DNA from: Clostridiales bacterium UBA4698
GTDB taxonomy: Bacteria > Bacillota > Clostridia > TANB77 > UBA1234
Assembly: GCA_002404755.1 (NCBI GenBank)
Contig: DHKI01000032.1
Coordinates: 43,039 to 107,038 of the forward strand
DNA length: 64,000 nt
Reading direction: 5' to 3'
In this document: piece by piece, positions 51,945 through 62,267 of the stretch
Position numbering within the stretch: position 1 is the first letter of the stretch
Layout: each line of letters begins with the position of its first letter
Program-made: the position numbers and the translations under genes
Notes under the pieces: generated by a model
Seen by the model: only the letters and a program-made list of their open reading frames with translations
Database searches by the model: none
What the model was told of the DNA's origin: nothing

Positions 51945-52622
51945 TTATTCGTAATCTTTGGGTGATATACCGCAAACTGTGCATATCTCAGGGTCGCTTT
52001 TGAAAAGTAGATTTAGCAATTCAAGAGCTTTCTCCTTGGAATTTTCTCTAAAGATACCATGAAGAACGCTTACTAATGTCTTGCGATTTTCAATGGTTCT
52101 CTTAATGGCAGAATTGACTTCCTGATGAATTTGAGGAATGTCTTTTCCAATCAACTGTTCTCTTCTAATAGAGTAAGTGCAGTCGTCATCGTACATTATT
52201 TTGACATACTTCAGACCGACGCCCTTGCCAAATTGAAAGAAAACGTGACTACCGGACTCAAGGATGAAATTCATGTGCGTCATGTCACAGGGTGGGATAT
52301 TTTTTGTTACAGGAAGATTGCAAATCGGTACAATCTCCGGATCAAGAGCGTTGAATGTATTAATCAAGTCCTGGGTTGTGTACTTTCCGTCCTCACTTGG
52401 CAAGGCGGATTTTACGATGTTGGCAAGGTTTCTGCGATTTTCTTGCACCGTTGCGAGAAATTGTATACTTTCTCTCCAAAGTTCTTCAGAATCTTTTCCG
52501 ATTATATCGAGCCGAGAAAGAAAACAAACAAAATCGTTATAAACGATTTGAACGGATTGAAAGCCTCTTTCCTCTGAAATGGAGAAGACTGCTTGACCAT
52601 CTGCTATTTTGTAATTCTTCAT
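51945..52622 (-). CDS. Hypothetical protein with elevated GC
   Basis: 225-aa ORF at about 40 % GC against about 29 % background; no recognisable motif. The long antisense ORFs on the + strand across it are shadows. Confidence 0.45.
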   Translation of the reverse strand: MKNYKIADGQAVFSISEERGFQSVQIVYNDFVCFLSRLDIIGKDSEELWRESIQFLATVQENRRNLANIVKSALPSEDGKYTTQDLINTFNALDPEIVPICNLPVTKNIPPCDMTHMNFILESGSHVFFQFGKGVGLKYVKIMYDDDCTYSIRREQLIGKDIPQIHQEVNSAIKRTIENRKTLVSVLHGIFRENSKEKALELLNLLFKSDPEICTVCGISPKDYE

Positions 52623-52806
52623 GTGTACCTCCTACACAATTCATAAAATATCTTAAAAAGTCGTATACATTAAATTATTTTGTATATCTAGAAATGTCGC
52701 TTGTCTTTACATAATACTACTATTTTCCAATTTTGTCAAATCTGTTGCTCTTAAATATGGCATATGATAAAATAAACCTATGTTTGATGGTTGAAAGGAG
52801 AGAAAA

Positions 52807-53820
52807 ATGCCAAGTATTAATTATTTAGTTAAAAGGCTTTGTACAATGAATTACAAGTCTATGTTTGATAGAATTAATGTAGTAAAGAAAAAATGTAACA
52901 AATCAAAATTCATGATATTTTGTGATATGGTTTGGTGTGGAATACGTTATGGTGCGGGTTATGTAGATTATGATGTCATAGGTTTTTATAAATTAAATTC
53001 AAAGCAAAGAAAAACAATGCTTACTAGAGGAATAAACAATAAATTTGTAAAAAGATTAAATGAGCGAGAATATTGGCATTTATTCAATAATAAAAACGAA
53101 TTTAATGAAATGTTTAGAGAGTATTTAAAACGAGATTTTATATATCCAGTAAACGACAAAAAAGAAGAAACTATTGAATGGATGAAGAAACATAAAGTGT
53201 TTTTTGCTAAGCCTAATGATGGACAATGTGGAAAGAACATTGAGAAGATAAATGTGGCTGATTGGAATGAGGATTTTGAAAAGCTATATAATCATTTGGT
53301 AGAGAATAAGCTATATTTGTTGGAAGAACCAGTTATTCAGTGCGAAGAAATGAACCAGTTAAATAAAAGTTCAGTAAATACAACTAGGATGGTTTCGGTA
53401 ATGAACGATAAAGGTGAGGTTACAATCCTTGCGACATTTGTTAGAATTGGCAATGGTAAATGTGTGGATAATTTTAATAGTGGTGGAATGACAGCAAAAG
53501 TAGATGTTGAGACTGGAATTATTTTAGAAGAAGCTGTGAATAAAAAAGGAGAACTATTTGAAAAGCATCCATTAACAGGAACAAAAATAAAAGGTTTTCA
53601 AATACCTTATTGGAATGAGGCTAAAGAAATGGTAAAAGAAGCTGCTAAAAAGAGTACACATATAAGGTATGTTGGCTGGGATGTAGCAATGAGCATAAAT
53701 GGTCCTGTGCTAATAGAGGGAAATCAATTCCCTGGACATGACATATATCAAGTTGCAGAAAAAATTGGACCAGATGATATAGGCATTTTACCTATGTTTG
53801 AAAAAGCAATAGAAGGATAA
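52807..53820 (+). CDS. ATP-grasp domain protein (sugar-transfer-associated ATP-grasp-like)
   Basis: 337 aa; NSGGMTAKVDVETG and GWDVAMSINGPVLIEGNQFPG resemble ATP-grasp C-terminal motifs. Confidence 0.45.
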   Translation: MPSINYLVKRLCTMNYKSMFDRINVVKKKCNKSKFMIFCDMVWCGIRYGAGYVDYDVIGFYKLNSKQRKTMLTRGINNKFVKRLNEREYWHLFNNKNEFNEMFREYLKRDFIYPVNDKKEETIEWMKKHKVFFAKPNDGQCGKNIEKINVADWNEDFEKLYNHLVENKLYLLEEPVIQCEEMNQLNKSSVNTTRMVSVMNDKGEVTILATFVRIGNGKCVDNFNSGGMTAKVDVETGIILEEAVNKKGELFEKHPLTGTKIKGFQIPYWNEAKEMVKEAAKKSTHIRYVGWDVAMSINGPVLIEGNQFPGHDIYQVAEKIGPDDIGILPMFEKAIEG

Positions 53821-53913
53821 AAGAAAGACTACTCAGTATTATACTGGGTAGTCTTTTTCTAGCTTAACATGAGGCACATCTCATGTTAGAGCGTTTTGAA
53901 CTCGATTGTTATT

Positions 53914-54882
53914 TTAAGTCAAAAGCTCGAAGAGTGTCTTGAGCGAGTCTCTTTCAGAAGAGCCATACTCGAATATGAATTCGAAGTAATTTTCAGGAGA
54001 ACTGCTAAGCATATTGTTTAATGCTATGAGTTTTGCAAGTTGCTGCACTTGCTTTATTGTGATATTTTCAACGAGGCTGTCAAGAAGAAGCTGTGAGTAG
54101 ATGCCTTCCCAACTTCGAGGGATAGGAAGGTTCTTATTCGTTGAGATATCACCATTTCGGTATGCCGTAACGGTGATTTTCTTAAGCTCCTTTATCCTGA
54201 TACTTATGTTGTCTATCTCTTCTAAAGTCTTCCTGATTTCGTTATCAGCGGTCTCCAATTGATTCTTAAGTATTGTGACGTTGGTGTTTGCGACTGCAAG
54301 AGATTGCTTGGTGTGCTTAAGTTCACCCTCAAGATTTTCTATTTTAGTCTTCAGCTCCTTGACGGATGCAGTAGACTTGCTATGTTCCGAAGAAAGTGAA
54401 AGTTTTTTACTTTCCTTTTCCTTCAAAACTCTTTCTTTTCCCTCCAACTCTTTGCAAAGAGCGTTGATTTTTATTGTGGCAGGGTCGAAGCTTTCTTGTA
54501 CTTCTTCATCTTTTCTAACGAGTGTTGAAGAAGCCTCTTCGGTTTCGGAACCATTTTCCGGTATGTTGGTAGCTTCTTCGCTGGCAGAAGCATTTTTCTT
54601 TTCTGTGTTCTGCAAGCGTTTCTCTGCGGCACGTGCTTTTTTCTCCGCATTTTGTTCATTTTGCTTTAGCATTCGAGGAAAGTCAGCGTAAACCTTGTTG
54701 TTCGAATGCTTTCTCATGAAGTCCATGAGGATTTCCTCAGAAACCCCAAGATCTTCACAAAAATCCTCGGTAGTCCAGTCAAGATTTAACTTTGACAAAA
54801 CGTACTTCGGAGTGATAAGCTTCTTTGGCTTTTCAAACCGTTGCACTTCCAGTTCTGTTTTTTCCAGGTTTACTTTTTCCAT
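53914..54882 (-). CDS. Hypothetical coiled-coil protein with elevated GC
   Basis: 322 aa at about 42 % GC. The central region is E/K-rich with heptad-like repeats (LKTKIENLEGELKHTKQSLA...). Two antisense ORFs are shadows. Confidence 0.45.
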   Translation of the reverse strand: MEKVNLEKTELEVQRFEKPKKLITPKYVLSKLNLDWTTEDFCEDLGVSEEILMDFMRKHSNNKVYADFPRMLKQNEQNAEKKARAAEKRLQNTEKKNASASEEATNIPENGSETEEASSTLVRKDEEVQESFDPATIKINALCKELEGKERVLKEKESKKLSLSSEHSKSTASVKELKTKIENLEGELKHTKQSLAVANTNVTILKNQLETADNEIRKTLEEIDNISIRIKELKKITVTAYRNGDISTNKNLPIPRSWEGIYSQLLLDSLVENITIKQVQQLAKLIALNNMLSSSPENYFEFIFEYGSSERDSLKTLFELLT

Positions 54883-55095
54883 TGTTGTACCTCCATGTGA
54901 TTTGTTTTAAATAAACGGACATCTAAGGATTAATTTGATATTTTTTTACCTCCTAAATATAGAATTGGGCAAACAACATATAAGTTCATGTGCGTATCAT
55001 AGCCATTCTATCACAAATGTATAAAATTGTAAATATATAATTGTAAGAAAAAACAAATTATGTAAAGATAATACAAAAAATTGATATACTGCTAA

Positions 55096-55120
55096 AAAAA
55101 CTTGATTTTATCAAGTTTTT
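55096..55120. promoter_or_regulatory. Perfect 11-bp inverted repeat in the divergent promoter region between the 53914 gene and ppdK; candidate operator
   Basis: aaaaacttgat-ttt-atcaagttttt. Confidence 0.3.
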
Positions 55121-55187
55121 GGTATATATTAATACTGTTCATGACTAATAAATCAAAACGAAATAATAATTACAAGGAGGAATTTAA

Positions 55188-57818
55188 ATGAGCAAAAAGT
55201 ATGTATATCTTTTTAGCGAAGGAAATGCTAAAATGAGAGAATTACTTGGTGGTAAAGGAGCAAACCTTGCAGAAATGACAAATTTAGGTTTACCAGTTCC
55301 ACAAGGATTTACAATTACTACAGAGGCTTGTACAAAGTATTATGAGGATGGCAGAGAAATCAATCCAGAAATCAAAGCCGAAATCACAGAGTACATTTCA
55401 AAACTAGAAGAAATCACAGGAAAGAAATTTGGAGACAAAGAAAATCCATTATTAGTATCAGTTCGTAGTGGTGCTAGAGCATCAATGCCTGGTATGATGG
55501 ATACAATCTTAAACCTAGGATTAAACGAACAAGTTGTTGAAACACTTGCTGAAAAATCAGGAAACCCACGTTGGGCTTGGGATTGTTACAGAAGATTTAT
55601 CCAAATGTATTCTGATGTTGTTATGGAAGTTGGTAAAAAATACTTTGAACAACTTATAGATAAAATGAAAGCTGAAAAAGGCGTTACACTAGACGTTGAA
55701 CTTACAGCTGAAGATTTAAAAGAATTAGCTAGCGAATTTAAAGCTGAATATAAAGAAAAGATCGGTGAAGAATTCCCTACAGATCCAGTAGCTCAATTAT
55801 GGGGAGCTATTAAAGCCGTATTTAGATCTTGGGACAACCCTAGAGCTAATGTTTACAGAAGAGATAATGATATTCCATATTCTTGGGGTACAGCTGTAAA
55901 CGTTCAAATGATGGCATTTGGTAACATGGGAGATGACTGTGGTACTGGTGTTGCATTTACTCGTGACCCAGCTACAGGTGAAAAAGGATTATATGGAGAA
56001 TTCCTTACAAACGCACAAGGTGAAGACGTTGTTGCAGGTGTTCGTACACCAATGAAAATTACTGAAATGGAAAACAAGTTCCCAGCTGCATTCGCACAAT
56101 TTAAAGATGTATGCAAAAAACTAGAAGACCATTACAGAGATATGCAAGATATGGAATTCACAGTTGAACATGAAAAATTATTTATGTTACAAACAAGAAA
56201 TGGTAAGAGAACTCCACAAGCTGCTCTTAAGATTGCTTGTGATTTAGTTGATGAAGGAATGATATCAGAACAAGAAGCTGTTATGATGATCGATCCTAGA
56301 AACTTAGATGCTTTATTACACCCACAATTCGATAGTAAAGCATTAAAGAGTGCTACACCAATCGGTAAAGCATTAGGTGCTTCTCCAGGAGCTGCTGCTG
56401 GTAAAGTAGTATTCACAGCTGAAGATGCAAAAGCATGGGCTGCTAGAAAAGAAAAAGTAGTTCTAGTTCGTCTTGAAACATCTCCAGAAGATATCGAAGG
56501 AATGAAAGCTTCTCAAGGTATCTTAACAGTTCGTGGTGGTAGAACATCTCACGCAGCAGTTGTTGCTCGTGGTATGGGTAAATGCTGTGTATCAGGATGC
56601 TCAGAAATCATTATGGATGAAGAAAACAAAAAATTCACACTTGGTGGAAAGACATATCATGAAGGAGATTTAATCTCAATTGATGGTTCTACAGGTTACA
56701 TATATGATGGATTAATTCCAACAGTTGATGCTGTTATTAGCGGTGACTTTGGAAGAATAATGGGATGGGCTGATAAATACAGAGTTCTAGAAGTTAGAAC
56801 AAACGCAGATACACCAAGAGATGCTGAAAAAGCAAAAGAACTTGGTGCACAAGGTATTGGTCTATGCCGTACAGAGCATATGTTCTTTGAGGGCGACAGA
56901 ATAGCTGCCATCAGAGAAATGATTTGTTCGGATACAGTTGAACAAAGAAAAGCTGCTCTTGCAAAATTAGAGCCAATGCAACAAGGTGACTTCGAGAAAT
57001 TATTCGAAACAATGGACGGATATGAGGTTACAATCAGATTCCTAGATCCACCTCTACATGAGTTCGTTCCAACAGAAGAAAAAGATATCGAAGCTCTTGC
57101 TAAAACACAAGGAAAGACAGTTGAAGAAATCAAAGCAATCATTGCTGGTCTTCACGAGTTTAACCCAATGATGGGACACAGAGGATGCCGTCTAGCAGTT
57201 ACATTCCCTGAAATTGCAGAAATGCAAACAGAGGCTGTTATTAAAGCTGCTATCAATTCTTCTAAGAAGATTGGTAAAATGATTACTCCAGAAATCATGA
57301 TCCCACTTGTTGGCGAAGTTAAAGAGTTAAAATATGTTAAAGATGTAGTTTGCGCAACAGCAGATAAAATAATTGCTGAAGCTGGTGTTGATATGAAGTA
57401 TCAAGTTGGTACAATGATAGAGATACCAAGAGCTGCTCTTACAGCTGATGAGATTGCTAGAGAAGCTGAATTCTTCTCATTTGGTACAAACGACTTAACA
57501 CAAATGACATTCGGATTCTCAAGAGATGATGCCGGTAAATTCTTAGGAGCATACTATGACAAGAAGATTTATGAGAACGATCCATTTGCTAAAGTTGACC
57601 AAGTTGGTGTTGGTAAATTAGTTGAAATGGCAGTTAAATTAGGTAAAGAAACAAGACCTGATATTAAGTTAGGTGTTTGTGGTGAACATGGTGGTGAACC
57701 TACATCTGTTGAATTCTTCCACAGAGCTGGTTTAACATACGTTTCTTGCTCACCATTTAGAGTTCCAGTTGCAAGACTTGCAGCTGCACAAGCTCAAATC
57801 AAATATCCAAGAAAGTAA
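55188..57818 (+). CDS. ppdK: Pyruvate, phosphate dikinase
   Basis: 876 aa with the PEP-utilising enzyme mobile domain (GGRTSHAAVVARGMGKCCV) and PPDK N-terminal nucleotide-binding and C-terminal TIM-barrel domains. Confidence 0.95.
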   Translation: MSKKYVYLFSEGNAKMRELLGGKGANLAEMTNLGLPVPQGFTITTEACTKYYEDGREINPEIKAEITEYISKLEEITGKKFGDKENPLLVSVRSGARASMPGMMDTILNLGLNEQVVETLAEKSGNPRWAWDCYRRFIQMYSDVVMEVGKKYFEQLIDKMKAEKGVTLDVELTAEDLKELASEFKAEYKEKIGEEFPTDPVAQLWGAIKAVFRSWDNPRANVYRRDNDIPYSWGTAVNVQMMAFGNMGDDCGTGVAFTRDPATGEKGLYGEFLTNAQGEDVVAGVRTPMKITEMENKFPAAFAQFKDVCKKLEDHYRDMQDMEFTVEHEKLFMLQTRNGKRTPQAALKIACDLVDEGMISEQEAVMMIDPRNLDALLHPQFDSKALKSATPIGKALGASPGAAAGKVVFTAEDAKAWAARKEKVVLVRLETSPEDIEGMKASQGILTVRGGRTSHAAVVARGMGKCCVSGCSEIIMDEENKKFTLGGKTYHEGDLISIDGSTGYIYDGLIPTVDAVISGDFGRIMGWADKYRVLEVRTNADTPRDAEKAKELGAQGIGLCRTEHMFFEGDRIAAIREMICSDTVEQRKAALAKLEPMQQGDFEKLFETMDGYEVTIRFLDPPLHEFVPTEEKDIEALAKTQGKTVEEIKAIIAGLHEFNPMMGHRGCRLAVTFPEIAEMQTEAVIKAAINSSKKIGKMITPEIMIPLVGEVKELKYVKDVVCATADKIIAEAGVDMKYQVGTMIEIPRAALTADEIAREAEFFSFGTNDLTQMTFGFSRDDAGKFLGAYYDKKIYENDPFAKVDQVGVGKLVEMAVKLGKETRPDIKLGVCGEHGGEPTSVEFFHRAGLTYVSCSPFRVPVARLAAAQAQIKYPRK

Positions 57819-57837
57819 TCATAAAGATTATTCAACA

Positions 57838-57870
57838 AGCCGAGGCTAAGTTATGTAGCCTCGGCTTTCA
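57838..57870 (+). terminator. Terminator hairpin after ppdK
   Basis: agccgaggcta-agttatg-tagcctcggct followed by ttcagattggttt. Confidence 0.5.
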
Positions 57871-57950
57871 GATTGGTTTGAAAAAGATGAGAAATAAAAA
57901 GGCATAAATTCGGCATTTTGGGTAAAAATATTTCTAAAGGAGGAATTAAA

Positions 57951-58385
57951 ATGAAAGTTAGAGATATAATGACTAAAGATGTTGTTTTTGCAAATAAAGA
58001 CGATTCGGTACTTACCGTCGCAAAACTAATGAAACATCATAATGTTGGAGCTATTCCAATAGTTGAAAATGCTGAAAAGGTTTTAGGAATGGTAACAGAT
58101 AGGGATATAGTTTTAAATATGGCAGACTATAATTTTGATCCGGCAAATACTTTTGCACTTAAGCTTATGACGGATAAGTTATATACTGTAAAACCAGAAG
58201 CGGATTTAAGCAGTGCATTGGCATTAATGAAAAAACAACAAATAAGAAGGTTACCGGTCATGGAAGATAACAAGCTTGTAGGAATGTTGTCAATTGGAGA
58301 TATTGCAGTACGTTCAGATTACAATATGGAGATGAGTGAAGCGATTTCAGAGATTTCAATGCCAGATAGACCAGAAAATATATAA
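57951..58385 (+). CDS. CBS-domain pair protein
   Basis: Starts MKVRDIMTKD with an AAAGGAGG RBS; the ORF track starts earlier at 57918. Two CBS repeats. Confidence 0.8.
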   Translation: MKVRDIMTKDVVFANKDDSVLTVAKLMKHHNVGAIPIVENAEKVLGMVTDRDIVLNMADYNFDPANTFALKLMTDKLYTVKPEADLSSALALMKKQQIRRLPVMEDNKLVGMLSIGDIAVRSDYNMEMSEAISEISMPDRPENI

Positions 58386-58499
58386 GCAAGATTGAGGCAT
58401 GATATTAATTCGTGCCTCATAATTATTTATCTTGCTTTTTTATAGAATATATGCAAAAATATAGATAGATTTTGAAAAAAGAAGAGGTGCTTTGTAAAT

Positions 58500-59591
58500 A
58501 TGGATAAAAGCAAAAAAATAAGAATTTTAGAAAGAGTAGGAGTATTTTTAGGAACGATACTTTTACTATATTTGTTAGTTAAATTTGCTACATACTTTAT
58601 GCCGTTTTTGATAGCAGGAATTATAGCTGTTTTGATAGAACCAGCTATAAAGTTTTGCATGAATAAACTAAAAATGAGCAGAAGAGTGAGTTCGATAATA
58701 ATAGTTGCTTTAACGATTGTGCTATTAATTTTAGCAATTGTATATGGAAGCTTAGGAATAATAAAAGAAATAGGCAACCTTTCAAGCAATATAGGACCTG
58801 CGATAACGACAACGACAAGGTTTATAGATTCATTGAGTGGCAAAGTTAGCGAGATATATCCAGATATTCCAGAAAATATATTGATTGCAGTTGAAAGTTC
58901 ACTTGTTGATTTTGTTGGAAAACTTGGAAATTTGGTTGCAGAAGCTGCTACTAAACTTGTCTCATTGCTACTTTCGGTTCCAACTATGATAATAAATACC
59001 GTAATAACAATTCTTGCACTTATATTTTTCACAAAAGATAGGATTTATGTTATAGATATGATGGAACATCATATGCCAAAAAGTTGGATAAAGAAATGTA
59101 TGGAAGTTGGTACTGAAATTTTTTCAACTATAGGTGGATATATAAGAGTATATGCTAAGATATTGCTAATAACATTCGTAGAATTATATATTGCGTTTTT
59201 GATAATAAATGCAATTGGTTTCAAAATAGAGTATCCATTATTATTAGCGATAATGATTTCAATAGTTGATATTTTGCCAATACTTGGCGTAGGAACAGTA
59301 CTTATTCCTTGGGCTTTGTGGATGCTTGTAGTTGGTAACTGGGGCCTTGCACTTGCACTTATAATCACATATGGTGCAATCTTCTGCATAAGACAATTCT
59401 TAGAACCAAAACTAGTAAGTAAGCAATTTGGAATACATCCACTAATCACACTATTTGCAATGTATGCAGGATATAAATCATCAGGTGTATTTGGACTTAT
59501 CTTAGGACCAGTTTTACTAATGGTATTAAGATGTGTATTTGCTAAACAAATAGAAAAAGGACTATTTAAAGATATGTTCGAAGAAAAATAA
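58500..59591 (+). CDS. ytvI: AI-2E family transporter / sporulation integral membrane protein YtvI-like
   Basis: 363 aa, 8 TM helices; a conserved KLVSKQFGIHPLITLFAMYAG-like C-terminal block. Confidence 0.65.
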   Translation: MDKSKKIRILERVGVFLGTILLLYLLVKFATYFMPFLIAGIIAVLIEPAIKFCMNKLKMSRRVSSIIIVALTIVLLILAIVYGSLGIIKEIGNLSSNIGPAITTTTRFIDSLSGKVSEIYPDIPENILIAVESSLVDFVGKLGNLVAEAATKLVSLLLSVPTMIINTVITILALIFFTKDRIYVIDMMEHHMPKSWIKKCMEVGTEIFSTIGGYIRVYAKILLITFVELYIAFLIINAIGFKIEYPLLLAIMISIVDILPILGVGTVLIPWALWMLVVGNWGLALALIITYGAIFCIRQFLEPKLVSKQFGIHPLITLFAMYAGYKSSGVFGLILGPVLLMVLRCVFAKQIEKGLFKDMFEEK

Positions 59592-59640
59592 TATATGAAA
59601 ACGGAGTAAAAAGTCAAAATACTATTTACTCCGTTTTTCT

Positions 59641-59961
59641 TTAAAAATTATTTTTAGGTGGATATACAGCTGCTTCATTAGGCGTTGTAATCTTTTTGAT
59701 TTCGAAGACTTCAATTATTGGCATAGGGCCATGGTAATCTTTTAATTTGATTGTTCCTTTGATTTCTATCCAAGAGTTGTTTTCAAAATTTTTGATTTCA
59801 TCAGATTCACATAAAAAACCAACAATTCTATAATCGTTATCTGAAACAATCATATCTCTAGCTGTTACAAATTGATTTTCTTTAAAATCGTTAACTCTAA
59901 AAACATATCCGGTAGAGTGAATTTTTTTACCGTATGTATTTATCTGTGTTATCATGTACAT
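59641..59961 (-). CDS. Hypothetical protein
   Basis: 106-aa ORF preceded on the same strand by a small hydrophobic ORF (59927-60127); no recognisable motif. Confidence 0.35.
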   Translation of the reverse strand: MYMITQINTYGKKIHSTGYVFRVNDFKENQFVTARDMIVSDNDYRIVGFLCESDEIKNFENNSWIEIKGTIKLKDYHGPMPIIEVFEIKKITTPNEAAVYPPKNNF

Positions 59962-60263
59962 CTTTTAATATGCTAGTATAGTTACTGTTATTCATGATAA
60001 TAGTCTTGCTAGCAAAAAGTTTTGCAAAGCATAAGAGCGAAAGTAAAATAATAATTGTAGATAAGATAATTATAAAAAGTTTAAAGCTAAATTTTATATT
60101 TATAATCTTCATAAAAATATCCCCCAATCCTTAGTAAATCTTATGACTTTTTTGAAAAAATATGACAATGTTGTGTGGGGGGCAGATAGATTTTAAGTAG
60201 GCTTTTTAAATCTTGATAAGATTTTAGATATGTTATATAATTTATAAGCGAGGAGGCGGTTAC

Positions 60264-60923
60264 ATGATAGTTGCAATAGATGGTCCTGCAGGGACAGGAA
60301 AGGGAACTGTAGCAAAATTAATTTCAGAAAGACTAGACTTCGTATATATAGATACAGGTGCGATGTACAGATGTATAACTTTAAAGATGATAAGAGAAAA
60401 CATCTCATTAGATGAAGAAGAAAAAATAAAGGATTTGCTAGAAAGAACGAAAATAACATTCAAAAATCTAGATGATAAACAACATGTATATATAGATGGA
60501 GAAGATGTTTCGGATTTAATAAGAAAACCTAATGTAAATGAATTAGTTTCACCGGTTTCAGCAATAAAAATAATAAGAATAAAAATGGTAGAGCTTCAAC
60601 GCAAATTAGGTGAAGAGGGAAATGTAATAATGGAAGGTAGAGATATAACAACTGTTGTATTTCCAAATGCTGAAGTAAAAATATATTTAGATGCTAAACT
60701 AGAGATAAGAGCAGAAAGAAGATACAAAGAGTTAATCGCAAGAGGTAATGATGTAACATATGAAGATACATTAGAGAGTATAAGAAAAAGAGATAAAAAT
60801 GACATGGAAAAAGAAATGGGTGCATTAAAAATCGCAGAAGACGCTGTAGTTATTGATACATCTAATATGACCATCGAAGAAGTATATGATAAAATAAAAG
60901 AAATAATAGAATTAAAAAAGTAA
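60264..60923 (+). CDS. cmk: Cytidylate kinase
   Basis: MIVAIDGPAGTGKGTVAK and IDTGAMYR motifs. Confidence 0.95.
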   Translation: MIVAIDGPAGTGKGTVAKLISERLDFVYIDTGAMYRCITLKMIRENISLDEEEKIKDLLERTKITFKNLDDKQHVYIDGEDVSDLIRKPNVNELVSPVSAIKIIRIKMVELQRKLGEEGNVIMEGRDITTVVFPNAEVKIYLDAKLEIRAERRYKELIARGNDVTYEDTLESIRKRDKNDMEKEMGALKIAEDAVVIDTSNMTIEEVYDKIKEIIELKK

Positions 60924-61051
60924 TATAAGAGATTATGAAAGGAATTTAAATAAGAATGGCGACTTACATTTTATAATAAAAGATACATAACTTTCATATC
61001 GTATAAATATAGTAAAAACATAATCGCCACAAAAGGGCAAAAGGAGAAAAA

Positions 61052-61642
61052 ATGATTATAAGGTCAATTGTAAAAGGATTTGCACATATTTGTTTTCATA
61101 CAATATACAGAACAAAAATAAAAGGAATAGAAAATATACCAAAAGAAGGCAAGGCAGTGCTTTGCTCTAATCATATACATATGTTTGATTCGGCAGGTAT
61201 AATAGCTCATGTAAAAAGAATGACATATATAATAGCAAAAGAGGAATTATTTAAAACGAAATTTAAAAATTGGTTTATGAGGCAAATGGGAACATTTCCT
61301 GTTGCTAGAGGAACTGGTGGAAAAGAAGCAATAGATACTGCAACAGAATACTTAAATCAAGGCAATCTTTTGCTTATATTCCCTGAGGGCACAAGAAACG
61401 GCTTAGCAAAAGGTGTAAAGTTTCAAAAAGGTGCAGCATACATAGCTATACAAAGTAAATCGCCAGTTATTCCTATAGGTGTTACAGGAACATTCAAACC
61501 GTTTTCGAAGATATGTATAAACATAGGCCAGCCTATAGATATAACAGAATATTTAGATGATGAAAAAGTAGACCCTAGAAAAGTAGTTGCATTAACTAAA
61601 AAAATAGAGAGCGAAGTAATAAAGCTAAGAGATGAAAATTAA
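61052..61642 (+). CDS. plsC: 1-acyl-sn-glycerol-3-phosphate acyltransferase
   Basis: HxxxxD acyltransferase motif NHIHMFD and a FPEGTR motif. Confidence 0.85.
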   Translation: MIIRSIVKGFAHICFHTIYRTKIKGIENIPKEGKAVLCSNHIHMFDSAGIIAHVKRMTYIIAKEELFKTKFKNWFMRQMGTFPVARGTGGKEAIDTATEYLNQGNLLLIFPEGTRNGLAKGVKFQKGAAYIAIQSKSPVIPIGVTGTFKPFSKICINIGQPIDITEYLDDEKVDPRKVVALTKKIESEVIKLRDEN

Positions 61643-61675
61643 AGAACACAACCATAAATAAAGAGAGGATTAAAA

Positions 61676-62248
61676 ATGGAAAAAGAAGAATTAGTTGGAC
61701 TTATCGAAGCATTGCTTTTTGCAAGCGGAAAGATGGTAAATATAAAAGTTTTATGTGATGTGACAGGATGCGAAAAAGAAGAGGTCTTAGAAGCACTTAG
61801 CACATTAAAACAAAATTTAATAGAAAGAAAAAGCGGAATACAATTATTAGAAGTAAAAGAATCATATCAGCTTGCAACACTTGAAAAATACTATACATAT
61901 ATTTGTACAATGCTAGATAATAGGCCAAAGCCAAACTTGTCGCAAGCTGCTTTTGAGGTATTATCAATAGTTGCATATAATCAAAATGTAACAAGGGCTG
62001 AAATGGAAAAAATAAGAGGAGTTTCATCGGATAGTGCATTAAACAAACTGTTAGAATACAACCTAGTTGAAGAGGCAGGAAAAATGGATGCACCAGGAAG
62101 ACCGATGATGTACAGAACAACCGATGAATTCTTAAAAATGTTTGGGTATAATTCTATAAAAGACTTGCCAGAACTACCAAAGCTTAAAGAAGAAGTTGAT
62201 GAGCAAATGAAAATCGAAGAAGAGTTATCTACAGAAGAAAATGCTTAA
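61676..62248 (+). CDS. scpB: Segregation and condensation protein B
   Basis: LVGLIEALLFASGKMVNIKVL and tandem winged-helix domains. Confidence 0.9.
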   Translation: MEKEELVGLIEALLFASGKMVNIKVLCDVTGCEKEEVLEALSTLKQNLIERKSGIQLLEVKESYQLATLEKYYTYICTMLDNRPKPNLSQAAFEVLSIVAYNQNVTRAEMEKIRGVSSDSALNKLLEYNLVEEAGKMDAPGRPMMYRTTDEFLKMFGYNSIKDLPELPKLKEEVDEQMKIEEELSTEENA

Positions 62249-62267
62249 AACTAAGGAGGAACAATAA

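Noticed and set aside
54275-54691. 138-aa + strand ORF, plus the 54471 minus-strand and 52125/52264/52376 ORFs
   Set aside because: These are shadow ORFs inside or antisense to the GC-elevated genes 53914-54882 and 51945-52622. Their translations are low-complexity with no RBS.
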